From an uncultured bacterium (GTDB lineage Bacteria; Patescibacteriota; Patescibacteriia; UBA1558; GWA2-36-10), in contig CAINYB010000007.1 of NCBI GenBank assembly GCA_903855135.1, positions 8,402 to 72,401 on the forward strand: a stretch of DNA of 64,000 bases, given 5' to 3'. Shown here piece after piece: positions 49,870 to 57,982 of the stretch. The notes under the pieces are model-generated. The model made no database searches and was not told where the DNA came from. It worked only from the letters and a program-made list of their open reading frames with translations. Each line of letters starts with the position of its first letter. Positions within the stretch are counted from its first letter, which is position 1. The position numbers and the translations under genes are program-made.

Positions 49870-50085
49870 ACGAGCTCATTTCAGTCCACCTCCCTCAGCC
49901 GCAGTGGCGTCGGTCCTTCTCAGGGACAAGCGCAACGACACCACGTTGATTTTGCTGGTCGTCCCGATGACGCCTGTTGTCGGGACGACTCCTTTGCCCC
50001 TTCTGGCTGGCGGCACTTCGTGTCGCTGACTTGGCTAGCCGCTGGACTCTCCTCGAGAGTCCAGCGGCACTTTATTTTATATAGA
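49870..50085 (+). ncRNA. Candidate ~210-nt GC-rich structured RNA with a perfect intrinsic terminator
   Basis: GC far above the flanks; hairpins gtcgtcccga...tcgggacgac (49961-49992) and a 14-bp stem gccgctggactctc/gagagtccagcggc (50041-50071) followed by ACTTTATTTTAT; candidate promoter TTTACA-17-TATACA at 49834-49862 with TGn. Confidence 0.3.
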
Positions 50086-50457
50086 TTTTTCCAAAGATTG
50101 TTTTGCGCTTTCAGTATAAGCCCGAGCTAAACCACCTACTCCTAATTTTACTCCCCCAAAATATCTGACAACTACTATTAAACAATTATTTACTTCTTTC
50201 TTTTTCAATAAAAATAAAATCGCCGAGCCAGCTGAACCAGCTGGTTCTTTATCTTCGGTATATTTTTCTTTCAAAATCCCCGCTTCTTCTAAACGATAAG
50301 CCCAAACAAAATGCCGAGCATCGCTATACTCGGCTTTTATCTGACTAATAATTGCTTTAAGCTCTGTTTCTGTAGAAACAAAAAAACTAAAAGCTAAAAA
50401 TTTTGATTTTTTAACTTCGAGTTTGCTTGGCAAGAAACTTACTTTATTGTTCATCAA
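50077..50457 (-). CDS. IMPACT/YigZ family N-terminal domain protein
   Basis: RHFVWAYR...EPAGSAG block characteristic of UPF0029. Confidence 0.55.
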   Translation of the reverse strand: MMNNKVSFLPSKLEVKKSKFLAFSFFVSTETELKAIISQIKAEYSDARHFVWAYRLEEAGILKEKYTEDKEPAGSAGSAILFLLKKKEVNNCLIVVVRYFGGVKLGVGGLARAYTESAKQSLEKSI

Positions 50458-50698
50458 CTATTTCTCGCTCTTTGTTTTCTGCTTTGTGTTCGGGCTTATG
50501 TTTAAAAGCGCCGTTACACCACATGAAATTATCTAGCTCATCACGTTGTAATAAATCTAAACCAAACAAGATCAAAATCACAGGCCAGATAAAAGACCAA
50601 AAACTACTGTTAATAATGCCAATGGTATCTAAAAACCATAAAACACCGACGATGACCAAAACAAGGCCAAATGACATAAATTTTTTTCTTTTGTGCAT
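50444..50698 (-). CDS. Small two-TM membrane protein
   Basis: 84 aa; two hydrophobic helices; overlaps the upstream gene by 14 nt. Confidence 0.3.
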   Translation of the reverse strand: MHKRKKFMSFGLVLVIVGVLWFLDTIGIINSSFWSFIWPVILILFGLDLLQRDELDNFMWCNGAFKHKPEHKAENKEREIVDEQ

Positions 50699-50993
50699 AA
50701 AATTTACTTTTATTATCCCCGCTACGCGGGGATATATATTAAGAATTGATTAAAACTAGCTGACTACGTATATACGGGAATATACATGAATTAATAGTTA
50801 ACTCTTGATGCTTCTTTATTCTCCGCCGTCGGCGGAGAAAACCAGCAACTGTATATAGTCTTATCTTACTATTTTCCCCTATAAAAATCAATGTTTTTAA
50901 TTTGACAAAAAACTCTGCTTATGACATGCTAATTATATAATAATTAATGTTTTAACTAGCTAAAAATAGCTAAAACACAAGAAACAAGAGACA

Positions 50994-51218
50994 ATGTATA
51001 ACTCACACGGATCAGATCAAAGACACTCAGGTGGCGGTCAAAATCGCTTTGGTCAAAGATCACAAGCCCCAAGACAAATGATACAAGGCAATTGGCAATG
51101 TTCAGAATGCCAAGCCGAAATCACTGAGCTACCATTTGAACCAGATGGCGTTCGCCCTATTTTATGCCGTGACTGTCATCGTGCAAAAAATGCTAACAAA
51201 CCACGTCGTAATTTCTAA
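50994..51218 (+). CDS. Small zinc-ribbon protein (CxxC-x17-CxxC), basic C-terminus
   Basis: CSECQ...CRDCH; elevated GC; perfect 12-bp terminator hairpin at 51229-51255. Confidence 0.4.
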   Translation: MYNSHGSDQRHSGGGQNRFGQRSQAPRQMIQGNWQCSECQAEITELPFEPDGVRPILCRDCHRAKNANKPRRNF

Positions 51219-51383
51219 ATAAACATACAACAATACGCCACCCCGCTTCGCGGGGTGGCGTATTGAATTTATAAATAGAGAATTTTAGACTCCGCCGAAG
51301 GCGGAACGCACCTTCTCCCCCAGATCCCCGCGTAGACGGGGAATGGGGAGATCGAGAGGGGGTATTTTAGTTTATTGTTCAAA

Positions 51384-51465
51384 GGGCTAGCTGCCCATTT
51401 GCATCCAATTGTTCAATCAAGCAAGGAGGGATGCTGATAAACGTTCAGATGCGGATAGCTAGCCC
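51384..51465 (+). other. 82-nt nested stem-loop element upstream of mfd (candidate leader structure/sRNA)
   Basis: Long-range 9-bp stem gggctagct/agctagccc enclosing an inner hairpin gcatcc...ggatgc; preceded by nested GC hairpins at 51296-51375. Confidence 0.3.
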
Positions 51466-51488
51466 ACTAAACAACAATTTTGTAACTC

Positions 51489-54400
51489 GTGACAAAAGCT
51501 AGAATTTATGCTAAGATCAGACAAGTTTTCCTAAATTTTAGGTGCCAAAAAATTATCATAAGCCAATTAGTTTGTCAAATGTGGAAAACTTTTAAACTAG
51601 CTAGCGCCCTGACGCCAGTCCAACAAGTTATCACTTTATTAAACAGCCCCCTATTAGATCAAAATAAGGTGTTTTTGTGGTGTCTAGAAAATAATCAGCA
51701 AGTCAAAACCTATACTGATTTACTCAAAAATTTACAAAAACTTTACCCAAAAAACAAACAAATTATAGCTTGGCCACAACAAGCTGAAGCTAAACTGGAT
51801 ATTTTGACTGCTTTATTTAATAATCAGCCAGCTATTATTTTGACTACCGTAGATAATCTAAATACCCCAGTGCTAAATTGGGATTATCTTAAAAATAATC
51901 AATTAAATCTAAAATCTGGCCAAAACATCGACTTAAATCAGCTTGCTTTAGACTTAAATGCTTTGGGCTTAAGTCGTGAAGCGCAAGCTTGGGAAGAAAA
52001 TACTTTTAGTATCCGTGGTAGTTTAGTAGATATTTACCAAAATCATCAGCTCTATCGCTTCAATATCTGGGATAATAAACTAGAAGATTTACAAGCGATT
52101 AATCCTTGGCAAATTGATGACATAAAAAAAATAGAAAATTTTTCCATCTTTCCTTTGAGCTTACCCTATAAATATAATCTCGCCGAGCATTTACCAAATT
52201 TTTGTGGCTTGATTTTTGAACAAAATTTGAGCACAACTTTTAGTGAGTTTGCTAATCCACAAATTATTTTTGACTCACTTAGTAAAAAAGCTGACGAGAC
52301 TTTATATTTTACTAATATAAAAAATCAACTTTTAAGTACCCAAGAAAAAAATGATTTACTCTTAAACAAAACTGATTGGCAAATCATTATTTTTAGTAAA
52401 AACTTAGAGTTAAGCAAACATTTTTTTAGTGATCTATCCGGCATTCGCCGGAGTGAACAAATTAATTATGATTTAATAGATTGGCAACAAGGTCAGATTT
52501 TACCAAGTAGTTTTAGCTGGCCAGCTAAAAAAATCTTAATTTTAAATGAAAATTTATTTTTCCTCCAGGAAAGTATCACTAAACAAGCTAATGTTCAAGA
52601 ACAGTTTGCTCTAAATTTTGATCTTGGAGATCTAATAGTTCATCGTGATCATGGTGTCGGTGTTTTGAAAAAAATAGAAACTCTAAATATCGATGGACAA
52701 AATAAAGAATACTTAGTTTTGGCTTATGCCGAAAATGATACTTTGTTTGTGCCGCTAGAGCTAGCTGACAAAGTAGAAAAATATTTAGGCCCGAGCTCGC
52801 CTAAAATCCATCGCTTGTCTATCGGCAATACTTGGCCACAGACTTTGAAAAAAATCAAAGAAGACACGTTAGTTTTGGCTAACCAATTATTAACTGTCGA
52901 GGCAACTAGAAAATTACACACTAGCCCAAAAATCATCGCCTCTACTTTGACAGAACAAGTGTCCCAAGATTTTCCGTATAATTTAACTCGTTCACAAAAT
53001 GTGGCTTTACTAGATATTTGGCAAGATTTTAAATCCGGCAGCCCGAGTGATCGTTTGATTTGTGGTGATGTCGGCTTTGGTAAAACTGAAGTGGCTTTGC
53101 GTGCTGCCACCGCTGCTATCGAAAATGGCTGGCAAGTAGCGATCCTTTGCCCGACGACTATACTTGCTCAACAACATTATGATAATTTTATTAATCGCCT
53201 AGAAAAATACGGCGTCAAAATCGCTTTACTTTCTCGCTGGCAAACACCGGCTGAAATCAAAGATAATATTACTAAAATCAAAAATGGCGAGATAGACATC
53301 GTGATCGCTACACACCGTTTATTATCTAATGATATTCATCTACCAAAATTACGATTATTAATTATCGATGAAGAACAAAACTTTGGCGTCAAAGATAAAG
53401 AAAAAATCAAAAAACATCAAAGTAATATCAATCTTTTGACACTTTCTGCTACTCCCATACCACGTACTTTAAATATGGCCTTATCGATGATCAAAGATAT
53501 TTCCTTGATCAGTGATCCGATAGATAATCGACATGATATCATCACTCAAATAGCCATGACTGATGATGAAATTATTAAATCTGCCATCTCTCAAGAGCTA
53601 ACTAGATCTGGCCAAGTTTATTTTTTGCATAACAAAGTGGCGACAATTAATTTTGCTCTAGAAAAGATCAAAAAACTTTTTCCTCAAAGCAAAGTGGCTT
53701 TAGCCCACGGTCAACTCGATGATAAGACTTTAGCTGACACCATGCATGCTTTTGATACTGGACAAATAGATATTTTAATTTGCTCCACTATTATTGCCAA
53801 CGGCTTAGATATCGCTAACGCTAATACTTTAATAGTGACTGAAGCAGATAAATTTGGCCTTAGTCAGCTACATCAGTTGCGTGGCCGTATTGGTCGTTCA
53901 GAAAAACAAGCTTATGCTTATTTTTTATACTCTGTACCAAAATTAAAAACTCTAGCTTCTAGACGCTTAGGACATTTGAAACTCGCCTCCGCTTTGGGTG
54001 ATGGCTTTAAAATAGCAAATTATGATTTAGAATTGCGTGGTGTCGGACAGATTTTAGGCAAAGCCCAATCTGGTAAAGTCAAAAGTATAGGACTCGGTCT
54101 TTATCAGCAATTAATCGCCGAAACTATTGCCGAACTCAAAGGACAAATTTTGAAACCTTGGCGTGATGTAGAAATAAAATTAAATTTAGACTTAAATCTG
54201 CCAAAAAACTTTTTTAATTCTATTGCCGAAAAATTAAGTTTTTACCAAGACTTAACGAGAATAAAAGATTTAGAAATAATTTCCCAAAAAATAAAAGAAA
54301 CAGAAACTTTAGCTTTAAAAAATATTTTACATTTACAAGCCTTTAGAATCTTGTGCCAAAAAACTGACATCACAAGCATTCAAGAATATAAAAATAGAGA

Positions 54401-54578
54401 TAAAGAATTTATTAGTTTTAATTTTATTAATATTTTAGACTATAAAAAATTAGAAAAATTATTAGATTTAAATCCAGCTTGGAAATTTACTGAACAACAA
54501 ATCAAAATCGAAAAAAATCAGCTCAATAAAAATCTTATTCAAGCTATCAGTGATATTATAAAATTTTGGCAAAAGTAA
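51489..54578 (+). CDS. mfd: Transcription-repair coupling factor
   Basis: UvrB-like N-terminus; RNAP-interacting region; SF2 helicase motifs (GDVGFGKTEVALRAA; DEEQ box); TRG motif region; true start may be the internal MWKTF. Confidence 0.9.
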   Translation: MTKARIYAKIRQVFLNFRCQKIIISQLVCQMWKTFKLASALTPVQQVITLLNSPLLDQNKVFLWCLENNQQVKTYTDLLKNLQKLYPKNKQIIAWPQQAEAKLDILTALFNNQPAIILTTVDNLNTPVLNWDYLKNNQLNLKSGQNIDLNQLALDLNALGLSREAQAWEENTFSIRGSLVDIYQNHQLYRFNIWDNKLEDLQAINPWQIDDIKKIENFSIFPLSLPYKYNLAEHLPNFCGLIFEQNLSTTFSEFANPQIIFDSLSKKADETLYFTNIKNQLLSTQEKNDLLLNKTDWQIIIFSKNLELSKHFFSDLSGIRRSEQINYDLIDWQQGQILPSSFSWPAKKILILNENLFFLQESITKQANVQEQFALNFDLGDLIVHRDHGVGVLKKIETLNIDGQNKEYLVLAYAENDTLFVPLELADKVEKYLGPSSPKIHRLSIGNTWPQTLKKIKEDTLVLANQLLTVEATRKLHTSPKIIASTLTEQVSQDFPYNLTRSQNVALLDIWQDFKSGSPSDRLICGDVGFGKTEVALRAATAAIENGWQVAILCPTTILAQQHYDNFINRLEKYGVKIALLSRWQTPAEIKDNITKIKNGEIDIVIATHRLLSNDIHLPKLRLLIIDEEQNFGVKDKEKIKKHQSNINLLTLSATPIPRTLNMALSMIKDISLISDPIDNRHDIITQIAMTDDEIIKSAISQELTRSGQVYFLHNKVATINFALEKIKKLFPQSKVALAHGQLDDKTLADTMHAFDTGQIDILICSTIIANGLDIANANTLIVTEADKFGLSQLHQLRGRIGRSEKQAYAYFLYSVPKLKTLASRRLGHLKLASALGDGFKIANYDLELRGVGQILGKAQSGKVKSIGLGLYQQLIAETIAELKGQILKPWRDVEIKLNLDLNLPKNFFNSIAEKLSFYQDLTRIKDLEIISQKIKETETLALKNILHLQAFRILCQKTDITSIQEYKNRDKEFISFNFINILDYKKLEKLLDLNPAWKFTEQQIKIEKNQLNKNLIQAISDIIKFWQK

Positions 54579-54606
54579 AGAGCCCGACGCACGCGTCGAG
54601 CTCTGT

Positions 54607-54810
54607 TCAATGTTGACTACCCTGCCTTCTGTTCTGCAAAATTTGGCTAATCAACCTAGGAAATGCATTATTGTAAAATGCCCACCAAGCAGTTCGCAGA
54701 GCATCAAGACTATAACCTGACAATTCTTTTCTTGTTATCTCAATGCCCTTAATTTGACACGATGCAATAAGTTGGCTTATCGCATCTTTTTTGTTTGTTG
54801 GACCATACAT
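54607..54810 (-). CDS. Small hypothetical protein (67 aa), elevated GC
   Basis: Start placed at MYGPTN with AGGAGA 6 nt upstream; convergent with mfd, sharing hairpin 54579-54602. Confidence 0.3.
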   Translation of the reverse strand: MYGPTNKKDAISQLIASCQIKGIEITRKELSGYSLDALRTAWWAFYNNAFPRLISQILQNRRQGSQH

Positions 54811-54921
54811 TGCCCATCTCCTTATCTTGTGAGGGAACTTCTTTTGCCTGCATACTACCATAAAAATAACTTTTTGTCAATTGCTAGTAAAATCAAAACT
54901 TGCTAAAATATAGATAAATAT

Positions 54922-55374
54922 ATGCCAGTTTTAGCCGACAACAAAAAAGCCTACTATAACTATCAAATTTTGGAAGAATTTGAAGCTGGTTTGGTATTGT
55001 CTGGCCCAGAAGTCAAAGCCGCTAAACTCGGTCATATCAATCTTAAAGGCAGTTTTGTCTCTATCAGCCCTGAAGGCGCTGTTATTAAGAACATGCACAT
55101 TTCCCCCTATCTCAAAGCCAAAATAGCCCAAATAAACTATGAACCAGCTAAAACCAGACAATTGCTCTTAAATAAACAAGAAATTGACCATTTAATAGGC
55201 AAAAATCAAGAAAAAGGCTTGACAATAGTACCCCTTTCGGTGTATACTACGCGGAGACTTGTGAAAGTAAAAATTGCCTTAGTTAAGGGCAAAAAAGAAT
55301 TTGACAAGCGTCAAACGATCAAACAACGCGATACTAATCGCGAGATCGCTCGCAAATTGAAAAATCGTTTTTAA
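54922..55374 (+). CDS. smpB: SsrA-binding protein
   Basis: ADNKKAYYNYQILEEFEAGLVLSGPEVKA canonical SmpB N-terminus; basic C-terminal tail. Confidence 0.9.
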   Translation: MPVLADNKKAYYNYQILEEFEAGLVLSGPEVKAAKLGHINLKGSFVSISPEGAVIKNMHISPYLKAKIAQINYEPAKTRQLLLNKQEIDHLIGKNQEKGLTIVPLSVYTTRRLVKVKIALVKGKKEFDKRQTIKQRDTNREIARKLKNRF

Positions 55375-55757
55375 GGGGATGTTTTATATTTGACAATAAA
55401 TCAAATAATAGGCAGCAAGTTGAGCTGACTAACTCAAAAAATGGTCAAAAAGAATAAGTGCAAAAAACTTATTTGCGAAAGCCAAAGAACTTTTCCAAGT
55501 TCCTCAACTTTCACCAGTTTTAGCCTAAACTGCTAAAACCGTTCGCTATTTATTTGCTCAAAGGTAAATAAACGGACGTCATTCATTTGAGCTGTAGCAA
55601 AGATGCGCTAAGTGCTTTGCCAAATTAAATCTTAGCTTTAAGTCAAAGTGTTTTGTAATTTTTATAGCTTTGACTTGAACTTTAAAAAATTACTAAACTT
55701 GTAGAAGTTTGTTAAGCGATTTGTTAGACAGGGGTGTGATTCCCCTCATCTCCACCA
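55375..55757 (+). ncRNA. ssrA: tmRNA (transfer-messenger RNA)
   Basis: Begins right after the smpB stop with GGGGAUGUUUUAUAUUUGAC (compare the E. coli 5' end GGGGCUGAUUCUGGAUUCGAC); 3' end GGGGUGUGAUUCCCC T-arm, then CAUCUCC pairing with the 5' GGGGAUG, then ACCA; internal tag frame ending ...SPVLA-UAA at 55526-55528. Confidence 0.8.
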
Positions 55758-55856
55758 TTCGACTACGCTCTGCTGCGCAGAACTTCGCTCATGGTCTTCG
55801 ACCACTTTTGTTTGTATAATAAACAGGTCGAATGTCCCGAGCGCAGCCGAGGGGCA
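55758..55856 (+). other. Structured 3' trailer module after tmRNA (long-range IR + hairpin with conserved loop GAGCGCAGCCGA)
   Basis: IR cattcgac/gtcgaatg brackets two small hairpins; terminal hairpin ugucccGAGCGCAGCCGAggggca; the same architecture is found after tRNA-Asp. Confidence 0.5.
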
Positions 55857-55946
55857 TTGACTAATTTTTCCCATCTTTTTAATTCGCCTAAAACGAGATT
55901 AATAAGACCAAAATAATTATTAAAAATAAATTTGAGAACAAAAAAA

Positions 55947-56480
55947 ATGTATTTCAATCGGAGTCAGACTAGTTCCGAAAAAAAATTCCGTTTCAACGAA
56001 AGAATCAGAGTACCAGAGGTGATGGTCATAGATGAAAACGGAGAAAATATCGGCGTCTTAAAAATCGCCGATGCTTTGGCCCTAGCAGAAAGTAAAGAGT
56101 TAGATTTGATCGAAGTCTCACCTTTAGCTCAACCCCCTGTTTGTCGTCTGACTGATTATGGCAAATTCCAATATCAGCAAGCCCGCAGCCAACAAAAAGC
56201 TAAAAGTAAAGTAAAAAAAGTAGAAACCAAAGGCGTAAGACTTTCCTTTAAAATCGCTCAACACGATCTTGAAGTCAGACAAAAACAAGCTGACAAATTT
56301 TTAAGCCAAGGACATAAAGTTCATGTCGAATTACGCTTAAAAGGCCGCGAAAAAGCTTTTCGTGATAAAGCAAGAGAAGTTATCCAAGAGTTTTTAAACG
56401 GTTTAAGCCAAACTCATAAAGTAGAAAGCCCGATCAAACAAATGGGCGGAACATTAAGTACCCTTATTAGTAAACAATAG
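55947..56480 (+). CDS. infC: Translation initiation factor IF-3
   Basis: NERIRVPEVMVIDENGENIGV N-domain and C-domain; ATG at 55947 preferred over the tracked TTG at 55932. Confidence 0.85.
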   Translation: MYFNRSQTSSEKKFRFNERIRVPEVMVIDENGENIGVLKIADALALAESKELDLIEVSPLAQPPVCRLTDYGKFQYQQARSQQKAKSKVKKVETKGVRLSFKIAQHDLEVRQKQADKFLSQGHKVHVELRLKGREKAFRDKAREVIQEFLNGLSQTHKVESPIKQMGGTLSTLISKQ

Positions 56481-56487
56481 CAAAGTC

Positions 56488-56685
56488 ATGAAACTCAAAA
56501 CTCACAAAGCTTTAAAAAAACGTATCCGTATCACCGCTAAGAAAAAAGTGGTTATTCGTACTGCCGGCCAAGATCATTTTAACTCTCGTGAAAGCGGCAA
56601 AGTCAAACGCAACAAACGCCAAGACAAAACATTGGCCGCTGTTAATATTAAAAATGTAAAACAACTTTTACCATACAGCTTATAG
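56488..56685 (+). CDS. rpmI: 50S ribosomal protein L35
   Basis: MKLKTHKALKKRIRIT... L35 signature; 65 aa. Confidence 0.85.
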   Translation: MKLKTHKALKKRIRITAKKKVVIRTAGQDHFNSRESGKVKRNKRQDKTLAAVNIKNVKQLLPYSL

Positions 56686-56722
56686 CCTAATGGTCCTAAC
56701 TAATAGCTAGAAAACGAAAACT

Positions 56723-57070
56723 ATGCCAAGAGTAAAAAGAGGCGTCACTCACGTCAAACGTAGAAAAAATATTTTGAAAAAGACCAAAGGTTATAACTGG
56801 GGTCGCAAAAATTTAATCAAACTTGCCCACACTGCTATCAATAAAGCTGGTCAACATGCTTTAGCTGATCGTCGTAAAAAGAAACGCGTCATGCGTCGTT
56901 TGTGGCAAGTAAAATTAAATGCCGCTGTCCATACCTTAGGTTTGAACTACTCCAGATTCATTGATATGTTAAAGAAAAATAACAGTGAATTAGACCGTAA
57001 AGTTTTGAGCCAAATCGCAGAAACTAGAAGTGCAGCTTTTGCTAACTTGGTCGCTGCTTTAAAGAAATAG
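56723..57070 (+). CDS. rplT: 50S ribosomal protein L20
   Basis: MPRVKRGVTHVKRRKNILK...RRLW L20 signature. Confidence 0.9.
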   Translation: MPRVKRGVTHVKRRKNILKKTKGYNWGRKNLIKLAHTAINKAGQHALADRRKKKRVMRRLWQVKLNAAVHTLGLNYSRFIDMLKKNNSELDRKVLSQIAETRSAAFANLVAALKK

Positions 57071-57089
57071 AAATACCCCCTGAATTATC

Positions 57090-57174
57090 GTCACCCTGTC
57101 TTCGACTCCGAGATCGCTCAGACTCGAGGAGAATTTATTTCAGGGTCTAGATTCTGAAACAAGTTCAGAATGAC
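57090..57174. repeat. R1 repeat element copy 2, embedded in the loop of the rplT terminator hairpin
   Basis: Flanked by the IR aaataccccc (57071-57080) / ggggggtattt (57181-57191) followed by a T-run; near-identical to 22640-22723. Confidence 0.7.
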
Positions 57175-57261
57175 GTGTGAGGGGGGTATTTTAATTTTAC
57201 TAAAGCTCATCTGAATCAAACGTCTTCCGCCAAAGGCGGAAGCGACAGAAGGAATGTTTTT

Positions 57262-57642
57262 TTAATCAAATATACCTTTATGCGTTTGGATATAAATAAG
57301 TATGGCTAAAAATACTCCTACTGAATCAACTAAAATGTCTATCGGACTACCCTGCCGCCCTATCACACTTAATTGATGCAGCTCATCAATAAAAGCATAG
57401 AGCACAGATGCTATGACAACAAATAACAAATAATGCCGTTGAATGCTATTTAAACTATTAGCCAATAAATAGGCAAACATAAAAAACACAAAAATATGAG
57501 CTAATTTACGCAAAATTAGATCCTGCCAAGTTGGCAAACCACTCCTTAAATCAGGGATAGATGATAAATAAAAAATTAAGCCCGCCCACAAAATTGTGGC
57601 CAGTAAATAAAGTAGCCTAGTTTGCGTGTTTGTTAATTGCAT
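57262..57642 (-). CDS. VanZ-like family membrane protein
   Basis: 126 aa; 4 TM; small VanZ-like topology; weak assignment. Confidence 0.35.
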   Translation of the reverse strand: MQLTNTQTRLLYLLATILWAGLIFYLSSIPDLRSGLPTWQDLILRKLAHIFVFFMFAYLLANSLNSIQRHYLLFVVIASVLYAFIDELHQLSVIGRQGSPIDILVDSVGVFLAILIYIQTHKGIFD

Positions 57643-57731
57643 AAAAAATTATTAGTTAATCTCCTGTTCCTCCTACAGCAATAACTATATCTTTATTCCC
57701 GCCGAAGGCGGGAATACTACAGGCTCTTGTG

Positions 57732-57760
57732 TTGACAAAATAGCTAAAATAATGTAGTAT
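57732..57760 (+). promoter_or_regulatory. sigma70-type promoter of tRNA-Asp (TTGACA-17-TAGTAT)
   Basis: TTGACA 57732-57737; TAGTAT 57755-57760. Confidence 0.5.
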
Positions 57761-57794
57761 TCTGATGTTCTATTAAGTTTTATATTTACTTGCT

Positions 57795-57871
57795 GGGGTG
57801 GTAGTTCAGCTGGTTAGAACGCCTGCCTGTCACGCAGGAGGTCGAGGGTTCGAGTCCCTTCCATCCCGCCA
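57795..57871 (+). tRNA. tRNA-Asp (anticodon GUC)
   Basis: Cloverleaf: acceptor GGGGUGG/CCAUCCC, D-arm GUUC-AGCUGGUUA-GAAC, anticodon stem CCUGC/GCAGG with loop CUGUCAC, T-arm GAGGG-UUCGAGU-CCCUU, discriminator G, encoded CCA. Confidence 0.9.
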
Positions 57872-57982
57872 CTCGATTCGCCTTTTGCTTCGCAAAAAGC
57901 TCACTCGTGGTCGTCGGTGTTTTCAACACCTTTGACCATTCTATATTATAGAATCGAGTGTCCTGAGCGCAGTCGAAGGACA
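57872..57982 (+). other. Structured 3' trailer module after tRNA-Asp (long-range IR + hairpin with conserved loop GAGCGCAGUCGA)
   Basis: IR actcgattc/gaatcgagt brackets hairpins cttttgc-ttc-gcaaaag and ggtgtt-ttc-aacacc; terminal hairpin uguccuGAGCGCAGUCGAaggaca. Confidence 0.5.

Noticed and set aside
49870-50085. Assigning the GC-rich candidate RNA to SRP RNA, 6S, RNase P or tmRNA
   Set aside because: By eye it has none of SRP RNA's domain IV motif (AGGUCAGGUCCGGAAGGAAGCAGC), RNase P's P4 motifs or a tRNA-like end. Its identity is left open pending a covariance-model search.
49831-50130. Plus-strand 99-aa ORF spanning the GC-rich island
   Set aside because: It reads straight through two strong RNA hairpins and a terminator stem. 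It has no SD and its composition is driven by GC. It is better explained as a noncoding or structured element.
5680-57740. Recurrent ATTTGACAAAAAG motif (5681-5700 minus, 15701-15716 minus, 29875-29890, 35394-35409, 50899-50912, 57730-57742) as a special regulatory box
   Set aside because: It is most simply the organism's preferred extended -35 (A-tract plus TTGACA plus A-run) at ordinary promoters, not a separate operator.
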